This document shows, in pieces, positions 61,772 through 64,000 of a stretch of DNA of 64,000 nt (its first letter is position 1; every line of letters starts with the position of its first letter). The notes under the pieces were generated by a model. It saw only the letters and a list, made by a program, of their open reading frames with translations. It searched no databases and had not been told where the DNA came from. This DNA comes from Candidatus Geocrenenecus huangii (GTDB lineage Archaea > Thermoproteota > Nitrososphaeria_A > Caldarchaeales > Wolframiiraptoraceae). A program made the position numbers and the translations under genes. Location: the NCBI GenBank assembly GCA_023254095.1, contig JALNLM010000001.1, positions 32,001-96,000 on the forward strand. The letters run 5' to 3'.

Positions 61772-62542
61772 CTACTCTCTTCTAAAACTCTTCACCGTGG
61801 CAATAATCTTCTCTAATTTTTCGGGATCTTCCTCTGCAATCGTGCCTGTCACTATGATATCCGCACCTGACTCTAACGTCTGGCGAACATGTTCTACTGT
61901 TCTTATTCCTCCCCCAACGATTAGCGGTATGTTTATAGAAGATTTTACAGTTTTGATTACGTTTGGAGGGATTGGTTCAGCTGCTCCCGACCCTGCTTCT
62001 AGGTAGACAAATCTAAATCCGAGAAATTGTGCTGCTAAGGCATATGCTACGACTACTTCTGGATGGTTGGTGGGGATAGGTAGGACTCTACCTATAGCTG
62101 AGACGGCGGTATCTCCTCTGAAAACAATATACGCTAAAGGTATCGCTTCGATCTGGTATTTCTTGATAAATGGTGCAGCCTGCATCTGTGCTCCAATAAT
62201 ATAGTACCATTCCACAGAGTTTAGTAGAGACATATACCATACAGCATCAGCATGTTTAGTTAACGCTTGAACGTTATTCGGGAAAATTATTACAGGTATG
62301 CTTATACTCTTCTTCAGAGTTGCTATGAATTCATCCATCTCGTTTTGAGAAGCGATAGTTGAACCTCCAACCATGATTGCCGAGCTCCCACAAGATTCAA
62401 CCTTCTTAGCAACTTCAACAGCTTCCTCTATTACCATATTTTGAGGATCTAACAACGTCATATGTATTGGTCCTTTTTCAAGCCTCTCCAATAGGTAACT
62501 CTCTGTTTTCCCTACTCTGAGAGTCTTAACCGATGAAGGCAT
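61772..62542 (-). CDS. geranylgeranylglyceryl phosphate synthase
   Basis: HMTLLDP, IMVGGS, SLLNS, YLEAGSGA, IVGGGIR, VTGT. Confidence 0.95.
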   Translation of the reverse strand: MPSSVKTLRVGKTESYLLERLEKGPIHMTLLDPQNMVIEEAVEVAKKVESCGSSAIMVGGSTIASQNEMDEFIATLKKSISIPVIIFPNNVQALTKHADAVWYMSLLNSVEWYYIIGAQMQAAPFIKKYQIEAIPLAYIVFRGDTAVSAIGRVLPIPTNHPEVVVAYALAAQFLGFRFVYLEAGSGAAEPIPPNVIKTVKSSINIPLIVGGGIRTVEHVRQTLESGADIIVTGTIAEEDPEKLEKIIATVKSFRRE

Positions 62543-62599
62543 TATCGATCACTATTATATCCATCCATAAATATATTGCCCATCCTTGAAAGTGACAAC

Positions 62600-62986
62600 T
62601 CAAATTTCATCTGTCCTGCCATCTTCATCGGATTTTCCCAACTGCTCAACATCGACACTCCCTGAGTCAACACTGTTTTCATTAGTACCTTGCAAATCTT
62701 CTTGTCGTGTACTCTGAGTTTCTGCAACTACCTCGAGTTTCTTCCTACCGGTAACTGTATCATAGAACTCAGAGTATGCATCAACTTCACTATACGCAGG
62801 ACACCATTTAACTTTTACTTTTGTCTTACAGTTTGTGCATACCACTTCGGCATGCTCATCTCCTTTCTGATGAAGAACCGTGACTGCTTCAACATTACAT
62901 ACTGGGCATAGGAAGATCTTTGGAGGGGGCTTCACAACTTTCTTTTTAACAATCTTCCTCCGTCGACGACCCACTTTAACCACCAT
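62600..62986 (-). CDS. elf1: transcription elongation factor Elf1 with acidic tail
   Basis: GRRRRK, FLCPVC, CTNC, VDAYSEFYD. Confidence 0.88.
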   Translation of the reverse strand: MVVKVGRRRRKIVKKKVVKPPPKIFLCPVCNVEAVTVLHQKGDEHAEVVCTNCKTKVKVKWCPAYSEVDAYSEFYDTVTGRKKLEVVAETQSTRQEDLQGTNENSVDSGSVDVEQLGKSDEDGRTDEI

Positions 62987-63270
62987 ATCTAAGTTGGAAC
63001 AGAACCTATTAAGTTATTAATTCAAGACAGCGTCAAGCATCTTAGGTATAGACTAATCTTTCTTGAAGGAATTTCTAGAAGAGGGGCGAACAAAACATCA
63101 CATATAGAAACTTTGAATGAAGTCCGGGGATAAGCAGGGAAGAATTATGATAATGATCTGATTGAGAAAAAATAGAATAAGACGGCGAGAGGTTCGGGAA
63201 TCTTTTAAAGAAGGCTTTTGAATTTATGAAGTTGAGGGTTATTAAAGGCTTATCCCATGAGTTTGATAGA

Positions 63271-63927
63271 ATGAAGAGGGTTGTCGGGCTTGTAACGATG
63301 GACATGAAGTTTGCAAGCTTATTTAGAGAGTCAATGTCTAAAATGGGTGTAAAGACGATCCATACGCTAAGTACAGACGAGTTACCGTTCTCCGTGGATG
63401 TCGTGGTCACTAAGAAGGGAGAGCTTCGTGGAGAAATATCAAACCGAAAGATACTTTACTTAGAAGATTATCGAGACCTAGATGAACTTGCCGAGAAAGT
63501 CTTAGAGATATTGAAGGGCGTTGAATCGTATCGAAGCATATTGATAGGAATAGACCCTGGTAAGACTATTGGTGTAGCATTCTCTGTCAACTATAAAATT
63601 ATAAGGACTCTGAAATATTTTCATGAAGAGAAGATGATTGAAGATGTAAAAGCATTTATTGAAAGACATAGAGAGGCAGAAGAAAAAATCATCGTGGTGG
63701 GCTCGACGACAACCGAGGGAGAATCATCGAGATTACAAAAAATCTTGACAAAACGACTTGGAGATATTGAGAGGTTGAAGATCGAATTTATAGATGAATC
63801 TAGAACCACTAGAGGATTAGTTCCCAGAGAGAAAAATTTAAGCAAAGACGAATATTCAGCGATATTGTTATCGCTTAGGAGGTCTAGATTCAAGAAAGGT
63901 GGGAGTTTATGCCGGTACATCAATTAA
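63271..63927 (+). CDS. hypothetical protein with RNase H-like (YqgF-type) domain
   Basis: ILIGIDPGKTIGVA, IVVG, FIDES.TT, DEYSA. Confidence 0.7.
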   Translation: MKRVVGLVTMDMKFASLFRESMSKMGVKTIHTLSTDELPFSVDVVVTKKGELRGEISNRKILYLEDYRDLDELAEKVLEILKGVESYRSILIGIDPGKTIGVAFSVNYKIIRTLKYFHEEKMIEDVKAFIERHREAEEKIIVVGSTTTEGESSRLQKILTKRLGDIERLKIEFIDESRTTRGLVPREKNLSKDEYSAILLSLRRSRFKKGGSLCRYIN

Positions 63928-64000
63928 GAGCTGAGAAAACACTGGTTGTTAATGGTCCAGCATCGATAAAGCTTCTAGAAGGTAAAGCATCAATCCTCGG
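63909..64000 (+). CDS. probable Clp1-family polynucleotide 5'-OH kinase (N-terminus; runs off window)
   Basis: MPVHQLRAEKTLVVNGPASIKLLEGKASILG resembles archaeal Clp1 N-terminus; only 30 codons visible. Confidence 0.6.
   Translation, partial: MPVHQLRAEKTLVVNGPASIKLLEGKASIL

Overview
Mostly housekeeping chromosome of a thermophilic archaeon. Reverse gyrase, PolD large subunit, Elf1, Alba, GINS-MCM and multi-intron tRNAs together suggest a TACK lineage such as Caldarchaeales ('Aigarchaeota') or a thermophilic Bathyarchaeia; this placement is inference. The window holds about 55 protein genes for replication/repair, tRNA processing, a divergently split liv ABC cluster and lipid/cofactor metabolism, plus 4 tRNAs (iMet, Gly with one intron, Lys with two introns, Ile2-CAT). 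I saw no CRISPR array, transposase or integrase. Most notable: (1) a threonine-synthase homologue lacking its PLP lysine, fused to a winged-HTH and divergent from an ECF S-component across a promoter with palindromes (candidate pseudo-enzyme sensor/regulator); (2) two more intact genes missing catalytic lysines (class-III aminotransferase, PRPP synthase); (3) two unannotated box C/D guide RNA candidates whose D guides register on tRNA wobble position 34; (4) a Lys tRNA with overlapping splice motifs; (5) an orphan PqqD/RRE protein; (6) four decayed genes. All calls come from motif recognition by eye; no searches were run.
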